This document shows, piece by piece, positions 28,131 to 38,155 of a stretch of DNA of 64,000 bases. Every line of letters starts with the position of its first letter. Positions within the stretch are counted from its first letter, which is position 1. Under the pieces are notes generated by a model. It was not told the DNA's origin. It searched no databases and worked only from the letters and a program-made list of their open reading frames with translations. Location of the stretch: positions 5,379 through 69,378 of the forward strand of contig CAYVFG010000002.1 of NCBI GenBank assembly GCA_964450915.1, in the 5' to 3' direction. Source of the DNA: an uncultured Candidatus Saccharibacteria bacterium (GTDB lineage Bacteria > Patescibacteriota > Andersenbacteria > UBA10190). The position numbers and the translations under genes were made by a program.

Positions 28131-29762
28131 TTAGCGGATATTTCGAATATCGTATATTTCTACCCGAGGCCCTGCGATATGCCAAAGCTGAGGAGAGATG
28201 CTGTATACTTTCTTTCCCTGGGTACGGATTTGATTGTAAAAAGCTTGGTAGGATGCAGTTGTTTCCGGAAATAGTTTTACTGACGTTGGGTCAAAATACC
28301 GATCAACGATCCTGCTATCCATTGCAATGTACTGCACTCCTTTTTCTTGAGTCCAATAAGAAAGAGGCTTTGCTCGATCATGGGATACCTCGGGGTCTTG
28401 GGCATTAAAATTCGCATACACTTCATCTATTCGAACTGTTTTGTAGTTCGGATCGCTCCAATCCAGAAGCCGAATGGGGGTGTGTTGGAGAATAATGCTT
28501 TCATGCGGAATATTCGCAAGAACCCACGCTACGGCTTTACTGTGTGTTGACCCCCCAGCATATGCAGCATCGAATCCTGCTGCAAAATATGCGGTATATA
28601 GAAGAAAGCTAATCGTGCCAATCCAAATAGCATACGTTGCTATTTTTATACGTGAGTATTTTTTCAAGAGTGCGTCGATTGCGTATGCAGCTAATAGCGT
28701 AAGTAGGGGAGTGAGTGGTAATAGGCGCTTTACTGCATAGAGCGGGAGACGGCCGATGATTGCGAGATACATGACGATTGAGGAGCCTCCAAGAATAACG
28801 AGAAGCGCCCAGTTGCGTGTTTTAATGAGGAGAAGGATGCCTACAAGCGCTAGAAGTATAATAACCGGAGTAGCCTCCCACCACAGCCCGGATACCGTAA
28901 ACGGCAAGCCCCAATCCGGAGACGATGTGGTAATCGGCCATATATAATCAGGGCGGGTATACCCTAAATCGCCTGCCGATCCTCGAAGTTGCAATTGATG
29001 ATAGATTGCGTAACTTTCTTTCCATTTTAAAAGCGTATACGGGGTTGCGCACGCAAAGCTGATCGGAATCAAGAGGATTGCGAGGATCAGCTTTTTAGAA
29101 ACAAGTGACGATATAGCAGAAGTTTTAGTTTCTACGCTCCGCATAATGTGCGCCAGGACGATGGCTATTCCTATGACAAACCCGGTATAATGAGTTGCTC
29201 CGCTTATACCGGTAAGAATTCCTGCGAGAACATACCATTTCATCGTTCCTAATTTCCATATTTGCAGTGCAGCAAAGAGTGCGCATGTGGCAACGAAGGT
29301 CAGCGGAATATCAACGTGCGCGTAGTGAGAATATTTCACGTGGAGAGGCAAAAATGCGATAAGGAGCGCAGCGATAAGACCAAGCCTCGGACTAGAAATT
29401 AATTTGCCTATTTTCCATACGACATATAACGTCGCTGTTCCGATAATTGCTGTCACAATGCGCGCGATGAGCGTATATATGTCTACGGACGTATCGGCGC
29501 TTGGGTACGGCATGTGCATCAAGGCAGGGGGAAGAAAGGCTACTCCGAGTATATAGTGATAGAAATGGGGATAGTATGATCCTTTTGGATACAACAACGG
29601 TACCTGTTTACCTTGAGCAAGCAGCACGGACGGAGTAATGACCTTATTTTCATCTGTATATATTTCATGGTTGATTCCCCACAGCCGTATAAAAAGCCCA
29701 ACTACCAGAATGCTAGCGAGAAGTATATTCATGAAATGGTATTTCTTTTGCGTATCTGCCAT
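28131..29762 (-). CDS. GT-C (PMT-like) glycosyltransferase
   Basis: YTDE, YYPHF, SHYAHVD; polytopic. Confidence 0.85.
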   Translation of the reverse strand: MADTQKKYHFMNILLASILVVGLFIRLWGINHEIYTDENKVITPSVLLAQGKQVPLLYPKGSYYPHFYHYILGVAFLPPALMHMPYPSADTSVDIYTLIARIVTAIIGTATLYVVWKIGKLISSPRLGLIAALLIAFLPLHVKYSHYAHVDIPLTFVATCALFAALQIWKLGTMKWYVLAGILTGISGATHYTGFVIGIAIVLAHIMRSVETKTSAISSLVSKKLILAILLIPISFACATPYTLLKWKESYAIYHQLQLRGSAGDLGYTRPDYIWPITTSSPDWGLPFTVSGLWWEATPVIILLALVGILLLIKTRNWALLVILGGSSIVMYLAIIGRLPLYAVKRLLPLTPLLTLLAAYAIDALLKKYSRIKIATYAIWIGTISFLLYTAYFAAGFDAAYAGGSTHSKAVAWVLANIPHESIILQHTPIRLLDWSDPNYKTVRIDEVYANFNAQDPEVSHDRAKPLSYWTQEKGVQYIAMDSRIVDRYFDPTSVKLFPETTASYQAFYNQIRTQGKKVYSISPQLWHIAGPRVEIYDIRNIR

Positions 29763-29778
29763 ACTGGCATCAGTATAT

Positions 29779-30495
29779 ATGATTACTTCACAGCGCACGA
29801 TTATTTTGATTCCGACCTATAACGAAGCCGAAAATATCGGTCTTATCCTTCGTCAAATTCAATCCGTGGATCCTGGCTTTAACGTATTGGTGTTAGATGA
29901 CAATTCTCCTGACGGGACAGCGCAGGTTGTGGAAGCATTTCATAAGGAGCATCCACCTGTTTCTGTATTAGTACGCACGAGCAATAGGGGGTTTGCTCAG
30001 TCATACCTCGATGGATTCAAGCGAGTATGTGCTGGAAGCGAATATGATGCCGTTATTACTATGGATGCTGATTTCTCGCATGAGCCAAAAGAATTACCGG
30101 AACTTCTTACGCTTTTAAATAACGGTGCAGATGTTGTGATCGGTTCTCGCTATGCAAAGCATCAGAAATTTCCGCATATTACATTGTGGCGCCGCATGAT
30201 GAGCCGATTTGCAAATGGGTATGTTCGCACGGTGCTTGGTATGCCAATCAGCGATTGCACTGCCGGGTTTATCGCGATGCGCACAGAGGCTCTTCGATCA
30301 TTGAATATGCAAGGCATACGGACAGAAGGATACGGATTTTTATTTCAGCTCAAGTACCGTGCCTATAAAAGCGGCCTTCGTTTAGCGGAACATCCGGTAG
30401 CATGGCCTGAGCGGCATCAAGGCAGCTCAAAAATGAATTTGAAACGGATATTCGAATCCTTCCTGTTGCCGTGGAAGATTAAATTCGGCTCTTAA
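29779..30495 (+). CDS. Polyprenol monophosphomannose synthase-like GT2 (DPM1/Ppm1)
   Basis: IPTYNEAENI, DDNSPDGT, MDADFSH, GSRY, ERHQGSSKM; start corrected to ATG29779. Confidence 0.9.
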   Translation: MITSQRTIILIPTYNEAENIGLILRQIQSVDPGFNVLVLDDNSPDGTAQVVEAFHKEHPPVSVLVRTSNRGFAQSYLDGFKRVCAGSEYDAVITMDADFSHEPKELPELLTLLNNGADVVIGSRYAKHQKFPHITLWRRMMSRFANGYVRTVLGMPISDCTAGFIAMRTEALRSLNMQGIRTEGYGFLFQLKYRAYKSGLRLAEHPVAWPERHQGSSKMNLKRIFESFLLPWKIKFGS

Positions 30496-31796
30496 GCAGC
30501 TTCAACTATTTCGAATTGAGGAAGTGGAACGATAAATTTTCCGCCTGCGTTGAGGTATTCCGCTTCTCGTGATTTGAATTCAGGTAAGAAATGCCACGGT
30601 AATATAAGGAAATAGTCTGGCTTTGCTGCTCGCGCTTCTTCTTCTGAGATGATAGGAATAAGCGTGCCTACCGTTTTCTTGCCCCATTTATCAGGATTTC
30701 TCTCGGCGGCAGCCGTAATGACGGTATGATCCAGTCCGAAGTATTGCAAAAGAGTGTTTCCTTTGGTGGATGCTCCATACACATATACCGTCTTTCCTTT
30801 TCCTGTTTCTTCCTTGATGAATGATGTGACCTTTTCTTTAATATCTTGCACTCCTTGCGCAAAGTCGTTATAGGGCGCTAATGTATCAAGCTGCATTGTT
30901 TTTTCTTGATTGCGAAGAGCGCCTACGCGATCTGCCGCTCCTTCAAATGGTACGATATTCGTATTTTCCTTGTGCGTAATATAGGTACGATAGCTACCAC
31001 CATTTACGTCGTTTAATTCTACGTCGATAACTTTCAGCTCGTGGCGCTCTAAAAGATTTTCGAGCGATAGCAGGGAGTAATATTCTAAATGTTCATGGCA
31101 GATGTTATCGAAAATGTTATCGAGAAGCATGCTTGGTAAATATGCCATTTGAATGATCCACAATCCGTCTTTATCAAGGCATGCAGCAGCATCTGAGGTG
31201 AATTTGTTTGGATCCTCCAGATCATAAAACATCGCAATACTGGTAATGACTTTTGCTTTTTTGTTATTTGATGCCTTTAAAAATGGTTCAGCAGAGAAAA
31301 AATCATTGATAACGGTAATATTCGGATCTTGCGCATAGGGCATGAGGTTCGTTGCAGGTTCAAATCCGATGCGCTTTAAATCTGGGGTTTCGTACGATTT
31401 TAATAACGTATTGTCGTTGCTGCCGGTGTCAATTACATAATCCCCAGTCTGGAGGTTGGCAAGCTGTGAAGCTTTTGTTGAAATATCCTTAAGGGCATCT
31501 TTCATGGTTTGATTAATTCCGGAGCGATACCAATAATTTCTGTACAGCGATCCTTGATCAGCAGTGTGTTTTAGTTGCAATAATCCGCATCCGCCTTCAG
31601 CAGCATTGCAAATAACAAGTTCCAATGGAGCACTCGCATTTTCTGTCATGGAGTCTACGAAATCTGAAATATATTGATTTCCTAACGAGAGCACGGGGGA
31701 TAGGGAATCGCTATTGCATACTCGGCAATTCATTACGACACGTACAGGAGCCTGCTCGGATGTTTGTACATTCGTTTTGTTCTTTTGAGTAGCCAT
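30492..31796 (-). CDS. NDP-hexose C-methyltransferase (Zn-binding, TcaB9/NovU-like architecture)
   Basis: CRVC, YWYRSG, DNICHEHLEYYS, NGGS, YGASTKGNTLL, PDYFLILPWHF. Confidence 0.9.
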   Translation of the reverse strand: MATQKNKTNVQTSEQAPVRVVMNCRVCNSDSLSPVLSLGNQYISDFVDSMTENASAPLELVICNAAEGGCGLLQLKHTADQGSLYRNYWYRSGINQTMKDALKDISTKASQLANLQTGDYVIDTGSNDNTLLKSYETPDLKRIGFEPATNLMPYAQDPNITVINDFFSAEPFLKASNNKKAKVITSIAMFYDLEDPNKFTSDAAACLDKDGLWIIQMAYLPSMLLDNIFDNICHEHLEYYSLLSLENLLERHELKVIDVELNDVNGGSYRTYITHKENTNIVPFEGAADRVGALRNQEKTMQLDTLAPYNDFAQGVQDIKEKVTSFIKEETGKGKTVYVYGASTKGNTLLQYFGLDHTVITAAAERNPDKWGKKTVGTLIPIISEEEARAAKPDYFLILPWHFLPEFKSREAEYLNAGGKFIVPLPQFEIVEAA

Positions 31797-31819
31797 TGTA
31801 ATATTGCTTTTAGTATTCC

Positions 31820-32488
31820 ATGAATAATAAAACTGAGCAAATTTGGGACGATGTGTGGCAGACTGGCGCTTCTGGCAATTTTATAACGACCATGCGCAAG
31901 ATATATAACACCATGCTTGGGAAGCTGGTATTGCCTCATGTATCCAGCGAAGGAAGAACGCTAGAGCTCGGATCCGGAACGGCCCAGCTTACACTTATGA
32001 TTGCTCCGCATATCAAAGAAGCGGTAGGGCTTGATATTTCATCAGAAGGGCTTGCCATTGCGTCCCGAGAACGCGATCGGCTCGGCATTAAAAACGCTAC
32101 GTTTGTAAAAGGGGATGTTCAAGACGTTCCGTTCAACCAAGAGTTTGATGTTGTGTGGAGCGCGGGATTAATTGAGCACTTTTTCGATCATGACATCGAT
32201 ATCGTTAGGCAACATATTAAGGCGGTAAAGCCGGGAGGAGTTGTGGTGATGAGCGTTCCGTACGCATATTCGCTCCATAGCCTGCATTATGCTCTCACTC
32301 GCCCAGCGCTTACTCGTCGTTTCTGGCCCTGGTCGCAGGAGCTGCATTTTCAAAAGTTTTATTCCAAACAAGATTTAATACATCTAGCAAAGCGGCTTGG
32401 ATTGCCTTATAAAGTATATTTCTTGCGCCCCTGGATGCTAGGATTGCCATTGGGGATTATTGTGCTAGAGATTCGGAATACGAAATAA
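31820..32488 (+). CDS. Class I SAM-dependent methyltransferase
   Basis: LELGSGT, FDVVWSAGLIEHF, VKPGG. Confidence 0.9.
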   Translation: MNNKTEQIWDDVWQTGASGNFITTMRKIYNTMLGKLVLPHVSSEGRTLELGSGTAQLTLMIAPHIKEAVGLDISSEGLAIASRERDRLGIKNATFVKGDVQDVPFNQEFDVVWSAGLIEHFFDHDIDIVRQHIKAVKPGGVVVMSVPYAYSLHSLHYALTRPALTRRFWPWSQELHFQKFYSKQDLIHLAKRLGLPYKVYFLRPWMLGLPLGIIVLEIRNTK

Positions 32489-32497
32489 GGGGTTTTA

Positions 32498-32526
32498 TTG
32501 CTGTTTCTCAGAAAGCTCAGTACAAT
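32498..32526 (+). promoter_or_regulatory. Promoter 8 nt upstream of ATG32535
   Basis: TTGCTG-17 nt-TACAAT. Confidence 0.55.
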
Positions 32527-32534
32527 CGCAGAAT

Positions 32535-33260
32535 ATGGATCAGTCTTCACGAAAGCCGAAAGTCATTGTTCTAGTGCCTTCGTATCGAGCCGGGAAGCAT
32601 GTGGTGGAAACGTATAACAGAATACCGAAAGAGGCTGTAGATGACATTATTATCGTAGATGATGCATCTCCCGATGATACGTTCGAATATGCAAAAACGT
32701 TGCCTGCAAAGGTATTTCGAAATGAAACAAACAAAGGATACGGAGGAAATATGAAAGTGTGCCTGCAGAAAGGGCTTGATGCAGGAGGAGATATTTTTAT
32801 TGAATTGCATGGAGACGGACAGTACGATGCAATGGATATTCCTCGAGCCGTTGCAGCTCTTCGTCCGACTGATGGCATGCTAATAGGAACTCGGGTAATT
32901 GCTTCGAATAAAGCGCTCCATAATGGGATGCCGCTCATCAAGTACGCGATGAATAAAATATTAACGTTTATTGCAAACGTTTTATTGGGCAGTAATTTAA
33001 CAGAGTTTCACTCCGGATTTCGCGTATATACTCGGAAGTTCTTAGAGACAGTCGATTTCGTCCATGATTCCGATGATCACTTGTTTAGCTTTGAAACAAT
33101 CGTCCAGGCATTGAAAGCCGGCTTTACAGTGGCAGAAATTCCTGTTGTTTGCACGTACTATGACGGGGTAACCCAGATGGGTCTCCGCAAGGGGGTAAAA
33201 TATACGCTCGAAATGCTCGGTACGGTACTTCTTTTTTCGATTGGAGTCCGCAAGAATTGA
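32535..33260 (+). CDS. GT2, DPM/DPG-synthase-like
   Basis: VDDASPD, NKGYGG, HGDGQY, EFHSGFR. Confidence 0.9.
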   Translation: MDQSSRKPKVIVLVPSYRAGKHVVETYNRIPKEAVDDIIIVDDASPDDTFEYAKTLPAKVFRNETNKGYGGNMKVCLQKGLDAGGDIFIELHGDGQYDAMDIPRAVAALRPTDGMLIGTRVIASNKALHNGMPLIKYAMNKILTFIANVLLGSNLTEFHSGFRVYTRKFLETVDFVHDSDDHLFSFETIVQALKAGFTVAEIPVVCTYYDGVTQMGLRKGVKYTLEMLGTVLLFSIGVRKN

Positions 33261-33294
33261 ATTACAATCCGCCCTTATATATAATTGTTCGCAT

Positions 33295-34224
33295 ATGCCA
33301 AGAAAGCTTCCCTATGCGAAAGCCGTCATTACTGGAAGCACCGGTTTCGTCGGAGAGCGTTTAATGCTCGAATTGGCCTCCCGCGGAATTGAAGTCCACG
33401 GGCTTGCACTGGGAAAAAATAAAAATCTTGCTAAGGTGCGGGGCATTCATATGCACATAGGAGATATTACGGATAAAAAATCGATGCAACGCTTTATGAG
33501 AAAAGTCCGTCCGGAAGCTGTGTTTCATCTTGCTGCATACGGCACGTTTGTGAACGAGCAAGATGTTCAAAGAATGATTGATGTAAACATTAAAGGTGCT
33601 TCCATTCTTCTGGAAACCAGCAGGGAAGTTGGCTGCAAGGCATTTATTAGCACAAGTTCCGCGAAAGTGTATGCTACAGGACGCACTCCTATAAAAGAAC
33701 ATCAAGAAATGTTCCCGTGGGACAATTACGCTGTTACAAAGACTGGCGCGGAACTCTTCTGTAAGCTCTATTCCGAAAAACATTCCTTTCCCGTAACAAC
33801 ATTCCGACTATGTCCAGTGTACGGGCCTGGGGACGATCTATCACGATTTATTCCTACTGCAATCGGGGCTGTGATCAATAGCACTCCGTTTACCTGTTCG
33901 GTTGGTAGTCTCGTGCGCAATTTTACATATATTGATGACGCTATCGAAGCATTTATTCAAGCATCAAGAAGAATGAAGGGCACATATGAAGTATTTAATA
34001 TTGGGTATAAAAAGGCCCATTCGTTTAATGAAATTTTAAGTGCTATCCAAAAGGTTACAGGAAAAAAAATGGATATTATTGTTCCCCCGTCGAAGCAATT
34101 TGTTGATCATTCGTGGGTGCTCGATATGCAAAAAGCAGAAAAGGTATTGAAATGGAGGGGAAAAGTGTCGCTCATGGAAGGGATAGCTCGGACAGTTGGG
34201 TGGTATACTACGAAGGAACTATGA
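33295..34224 (+). CDS. NAD-dependent epimerase/4-keto-sugar reductase
   Basis: TGSTGFVG, HLAA, YAVTK, VYGPG, RNFTYIDD; TTGAAT-17-TATAAT ends 9 nt before ATG33295. Confidence 0.85.
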   Translation: MPRKLPYAKAVITGSTGFVGERLMLELASRGIEVHGLALGKNKNLAKVRGIHMHIGDITDKKSMQRFMRKVRPEAVFHLAAYGTFVNEQDVQRMIDVNIKGASILLETSREVGCKAFISTSSAKVYATGRTPIKEHQEMFPWDNYAVTKTGAELFCKLYSEKHSFPVTTFRLCPVYGPGDDLSRFIPTAIGAVINSTPFTCSVGSLVRNFTYIDDAIEAFIQASRRMKGTYEVFNIGYKKAHSFNEILSAIQKVTGKKMDIIVPPSKQFVDHSWVLDMQKAEKVLKWRGKVSLMEGIARTVGWYTTKEL

Positions 34225-35795
34225 AATTATCTTCTTTCTTCGCGATGCTTACGCGGCCGCGGGTTATGTATATTCTTTTAGAAGCGTGCATCATCCTTTC
34301 GCTCGTTGGCGCCGTTGCAGGAGAAAGAACCATTATCGCCTCCCAGCGAAGAATTATGCCGGCAGGGGATGTATTTAATTTTCAAAGCATCGCACGAAAT
34401 ATCCGCTATTTTGATTATCCTATCCACGAGAAACGACTTCCGGGATATCCTCTAACCCTCTTGATTGGTACAGAACTTGGCTTTGACCCAACGCTTACTG
34501 GAATTGCTGTAAGTATTATGGCTTCTGCAGGAACAACTGTAGTGCTGTACTTGCTTGGCAGATATTTTAAATGGCCTCGATTACCGCTGGCTGCCGTTCT
34601 TCTGCTCACAAGCGTAGCCCCGCAGCTAACTATTAACGGCGTGCGCCCGCTTGCGGACAGTTATTTTCTATTCTTGATTGTTCTATCGGTATATATGGTC
34701 ACTGCTGCACGAGCAACAAAGGCGTGGGCTATTTGGACAGGACTTATCATCGCGCTGATGGTGTTTACACGATACGAAGGAGGCCCTACTGCAATACTGC
34801 TGCTATTGCTGCTCAGATTTAAGATGCCATGGCGCTTGGTTGGAATCGCTTCATTGCCGCTTCTGATTGCCGGGGTAGTATGGCTGCCGGTCTGGAGACA
34901 CGTGAACGGTTCGTTGAGTGAGTTCGGGTACGCAAAAGATGCGAAGCAAAATGCAAGCATCGAAACCCTCCCGGCTGATTACATGAAGATCGTTGACAGC
35001 TCTGGATTTGGGAAAGCTTGGACAATAGCTGACTTGTGGTCAAATGATAAACAAGTGCGTACGGAGGCAGGCCTGTTGTTTTCAGCTCCAGAATGGTGGC
35101 TAAGCGTGCTTGCAAGCTTCGGATTTATTTGGATTATTATTTCTCTGCGGAAAAAAGCTGCCCCGCTTCTTGTTGCGTTCATTTTGTATCCTGTACTTCC
35201 AGCGTGGTGGTTTACCTATAGTAGGTACGTTGCCCCGATGACCGCCTTTTATTATTTTTGCATGGCTGCAGGAGTGGTTGGGGTATGGCAAATTGTGCTG
35301 TGGATATTAAAGCGGGCGGGTAATCCTATAAAAGTTGCAACTGCTGTCTTGTTAGGATTTCTACTTATTCGTGCAGTGTTTGATGTTTCCCCCATTTTAT
35401 ACAAAGAGGCTGTTGCAAAGGGGCTCGAGAATAATGGAGTAGGATATTCTCTGTATACTGCGCTGCAATCTCTTCGCCATACTCCTGATCGAGTTGCTGT
35501 ATCTTTCGATTATCTCATGGCCTCTATGATGTTCGGCAGCGTGGACAGCCCCAAAGGCGGACTCAACGAAGGACGAGGAGTGTATCTTTCCAACAAACCG
35601 GATGCCACTCCTGCCCAGTTAGCACAATATTTACATGATAAGAAGATAAACATCCTGGTTGATAACGGAGAAAAAGAAGTAGCCCCCGTTGCTGAATATT
35701 TGAAAACTCACAACGAGATTGATCATACGCAAACGTTTACCTGGCCGAGACAAGATAAAAAAATCGACACAACATATCTTTATTACCTTAAATAA
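34221..35795 (+). CDS. GT-C-like membrane glycosyltransferase
   Basis: PAGD..F, KRLPGYP, TRYEG; ATGA-coupled to the upstream gene. Confidence 0.75.
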   Translation: MKLSSFFAMLTRPRVMYILLEACIILSLVGAVAGERTIIASQRRIMPAGDVFNFQSIARNIRYFDYPIHEKRLPGYPLTLLIGTELGFDPTLTGIAVSIMASAGTTVVLYLLGRYFKWPRLPLAAVLLLTSVAPQLTINGVRPLADSYFLFLIVLSVYMVTAARATKAWAIWTGLIIALMVFTRYEGGPTAILLLLLLRFKMPWRLVGIASLPLLIAGVVWLPVWRHVNGSLSEFGYAKDAKQNASIETLPADYMKIVDSSGFGKAWTIADLWSNDKQVRTEAGLLFSAPEWWLSVLASFGFIWIIISLRKKAAPLLVAFILYPVLPAWWFTYSRYVAPMTAFYYFCMAAGVVGVWQIVLWILKRAGNPIKVATAVLLGFLLIRAVFDVSPILYKEAVAKGLENNGVGYSLYTALQSLRHTPDRVAVSFDYLMASMMFGSVDSPKGGLNEGRGVYLSNKPDATPAQLAQYLHDKKINILVDNGEKEVAPVAEYLKTHNEIDHTQTFTWPRQDKKIDTTYLYYLK

Positions 35796-35804
35796 TCACA
35801 TTCT

Positions 35805-36590
35805 ATGTACAGTGGGGAGCGCATATTGCCGGAAAAAGTATTTAACGTTACATATCAACAGAGTCTTGTAGCATATGAATTTGCAGCAAAGTATTGTGAA
35901 GGCAAGACAGTGTTAGATGTTGCATCTGGGGAAGGATACGGAACATCGGTACTCGGAAAGAGCGCTTCTCGCGCAGTGGGGCTTGATTATAACAAGGCAG
36001 CTATCGATGAGGCTCGAAAAAACTATGCTACTGACACCGTTTCATTCGTTCAAGGCGACCTTCTCAATGCGCCAAGCGTGCTGAACGGGGAATTGTTCGA
36101 CGTAGTGTGCTGTTTCCAGACAATTGAGCATGTGTATAATCACGATGATTTTCTCAAATCGCTGATGGCTGTAACAAAACCGGGAGGATTAATCCTGGTA
36201 AGCACGCCTAATACAAATATGTTTCATAGCTTCAACCCCTATCACGTTCATGAAGTGGATGATGCGGAGATGAGAGATTTATTTGCTCGACATTTCAAAG
36301 AATCTACATTATATGGAGTGTTTGGAGATGAAAGTATTCTGCGGTACAGAACGGGGAAGCAAAAAATTTCCGATCTTATTCTTAGAATTGATTTCTTGAA
36401 AGCGCGCGATTGGATGCCAAAACCGCTGCTTAGGGCAGTGTATGCATTCGTATCACTTTTCTTGATTAAAAAAATAAGTTTCTGGAAGCACTCGAAAGAA
36501 GTGATGCGAGTAACTACGAAAAACTTTCGCGTAAGCGAAGAGGATATTGAACATAGTCTTGATTTTATTGCCGTTGCAAAGAATATATGA
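35805..36590 (+). CDS. Class I SAM-dependent methyltransferase
   Basis: SGERILP, LDVASGEGYG, FQTIEH, STPN, NPYHVHE. Confidence 0.9.
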   Translation: MYSGERILPEKVFNVTYQQSLVAYEFAAKYCEGKTVLDVASGEGYGTSVLGKSASRAVGLDYNKAAIDEARKNYATDTVSFVQGDLLNAPSVLNGELFDVVCCFQTIEHVYNHDDFLKSLMAVTKPGGLILVSTPNTNMFHSFNPYHVHEVDDAEMRDLFARHFKESTLYGVFGDESILRYRTGKQKISDLILRIDFLKARDWMPKPLLRAVYAFVSLFLIKKISFWKHSKEVMRVTTKNFRVSEEDIEHSLDFIAVAKNI

Positions 36591-38155
36591 GTGAAAAGCG
36601 TGTCGTATGGATGCTGCTGATAGCCGCTATTTTTTTGCCAAGACTAATCGGTGCTGACTATTTTTTTATTCAAGACGAACAGCCATGGATTGACCGCTCT
36701 CAGACGTACTGGAATGCGTTGTCCTCGGGAGATTTTGTAGGGGCTGTTCAATACCCGCTATCAAATCATCCCGCAATTTCTCTCATGACCGTAGTGGGGC
36801 CGGTAATGAATCTGTACGGCACGTACCATGGCCTTCAGGGAACGTATGCCGATTGGCCCGTTGATGATAAGCGGGAAGCTGCAGTATGGGCGCGATACGC
36901 ATGGGGTATTGCATGCAGTATTGCGCTGCTTGCTCTCGTAAGAGTCGTAGCCAGTATGCAATTATTTAAAAACTCGAGATGGGCAGCAGGGCTCGTTGTT
37001 GTGCTATTCGGGTTGGAGCCGTGGATATTAGGAATTTCTCGCACGGTAAGTGTTGACGTTTTAATGAGTATAGGGGTGGTTGGCATGCTCGTATCTGCCG
37101 TTGTTGCTTTCGAGCGCAAAAATAGATTATGGGTTTGCATATCCGGCGCTTGGTTTGCATTAGCTTTTATTTCAAAATCGCCCGCGTTAATTACTGCGCC
37201 CATTGCGTTATTGCTCGCCAGCTTTGTTCCAGGTTTTTCAATGCGCGAAATGGGAAAACGCTCAATAGCATGGATAGGAAGTGCGTATTTTTCAATGATT
37301 ATTTTATGGCCCCCTTTTCTCTTTCATCCAATACAGCGGCTTATTGACGTGCTTGCGCGCGCAGAACTTCATTCTACGGTTCAGGAAGTTTATTACTGGC
37401 CAGGGGTTCATCCTCCGTTATTTATTTTCACCCTATCTGCATTCGCAACGATTGGATGTTTGCTATATATCTGGAATCGTCTGGCGGAAGTAAAGCAAAC
37501 AGGTTGGAATTTTTTTGCATTAGACATCGTATTATTGGCAGGTGTGTGGCATGGCCTCGTACTGCTGTACTTGCATGGCGATCAGGCTCGAAAAAATTTA
37601 CCAGTACTAGCATTGCTTGCGTTTATTGGAGCAATAGGCTGGGTATGGGTATTGCAACGGCGCAGAGTTGCAAAACCATTCATAGTAATAGGGCTCATCA
37701 TCTTGCAAGGCATATTTATGTGGCCATATTTTCCGCATGTCATAAGTTCATATAACATTCTTTTCCCCTCAGTGGGCGGGAAGAGACTATTAGTTGACGT
37801 AGGTAATAGCTCCCGCCTTATTGCTGATTATATTAATAGCAGCAATCCTAAAGAAGTATTTGCGATACCGATGGATAGCTTAGTTGTTCCTTATTTGGAT
37901 AGCAACAAGAGGGATGCAATACGCGGGTTTCCCTCAGAGGGCTACCTGAAAAATCTTGATCCTGCGGTAACAAAGATTATTATACCGATGAGTTTTCCTG
38001 CTCGAGTCAATTTTGATCCTACTACCAAGAATATTTTAAAAGATTTGGCTTCGTATAAGCCTGAAAAGACACTCTTTATTCGAGATATACCGATGTTTTA
38101 TGTATACACGCTTCATCCAATAGAATATACTTTACAGCATGAAACAGGCATATAG
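36587..38155 (+). CDS. GT-C (PMT_2-like) glycosyltransferase
   Basis: QDEQPW, HPAIS, SRTVSVD, FPH..SYN. Confidence 0.8.
   Translation: MSEKRVVWMLLIAAIFLPRLIGADYFFIQDEQPWIDRSQTYWNALSSGDFVGAVQYPLSNHPAISLMTVVGPVMNLYGTYHGLQGTYADWPVDDKREAAVWARYAWGIACSIALLALVRVVASMQLFKNSRWAAGLVVVLFGLEPWILGISRTVSVDVLMSIGVVGMLVSAVVAFERKNRLWVCISGAWFALAFISKSPALITAPIALLLASFVPGFSMREMGKRSIAWIGSAYFSMIILWPPFLFHPIQRLIDVLARAELHSTVQEVYYWPGVHPPLFIFTLSAFATIGCLLYIWNRLAEVKQTGWNFFALDIVLLAGVWHGLVLLYLHGDQARKNLPVLALLAFIGAIGWVWVLQRRRVAKPFIVIGLIILQGIFMWPYFPHVISSYNILFPSVGGKRLLVDVGNSSRLIADYINSSNPKEVFAIPMDSLVVPYLDSNKRDAIRGFPSEGYLKNLDPAVTKIIIPMSFPARVNFDPTTKNILKDLASYKPEKTLFIRDIPMFYVYTLHPIEYTLQHETGI

Noticed and set aside
12143-34221. Long N-terminal extensions in the track (starts 12143, 16670, 26188, 29638, 29798, 33241, 34113)
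   Set aside because: They overlap neighbouring genes, and downstream ATGs coincide with family N-termini and/or -10 boxes or ATGA coupling
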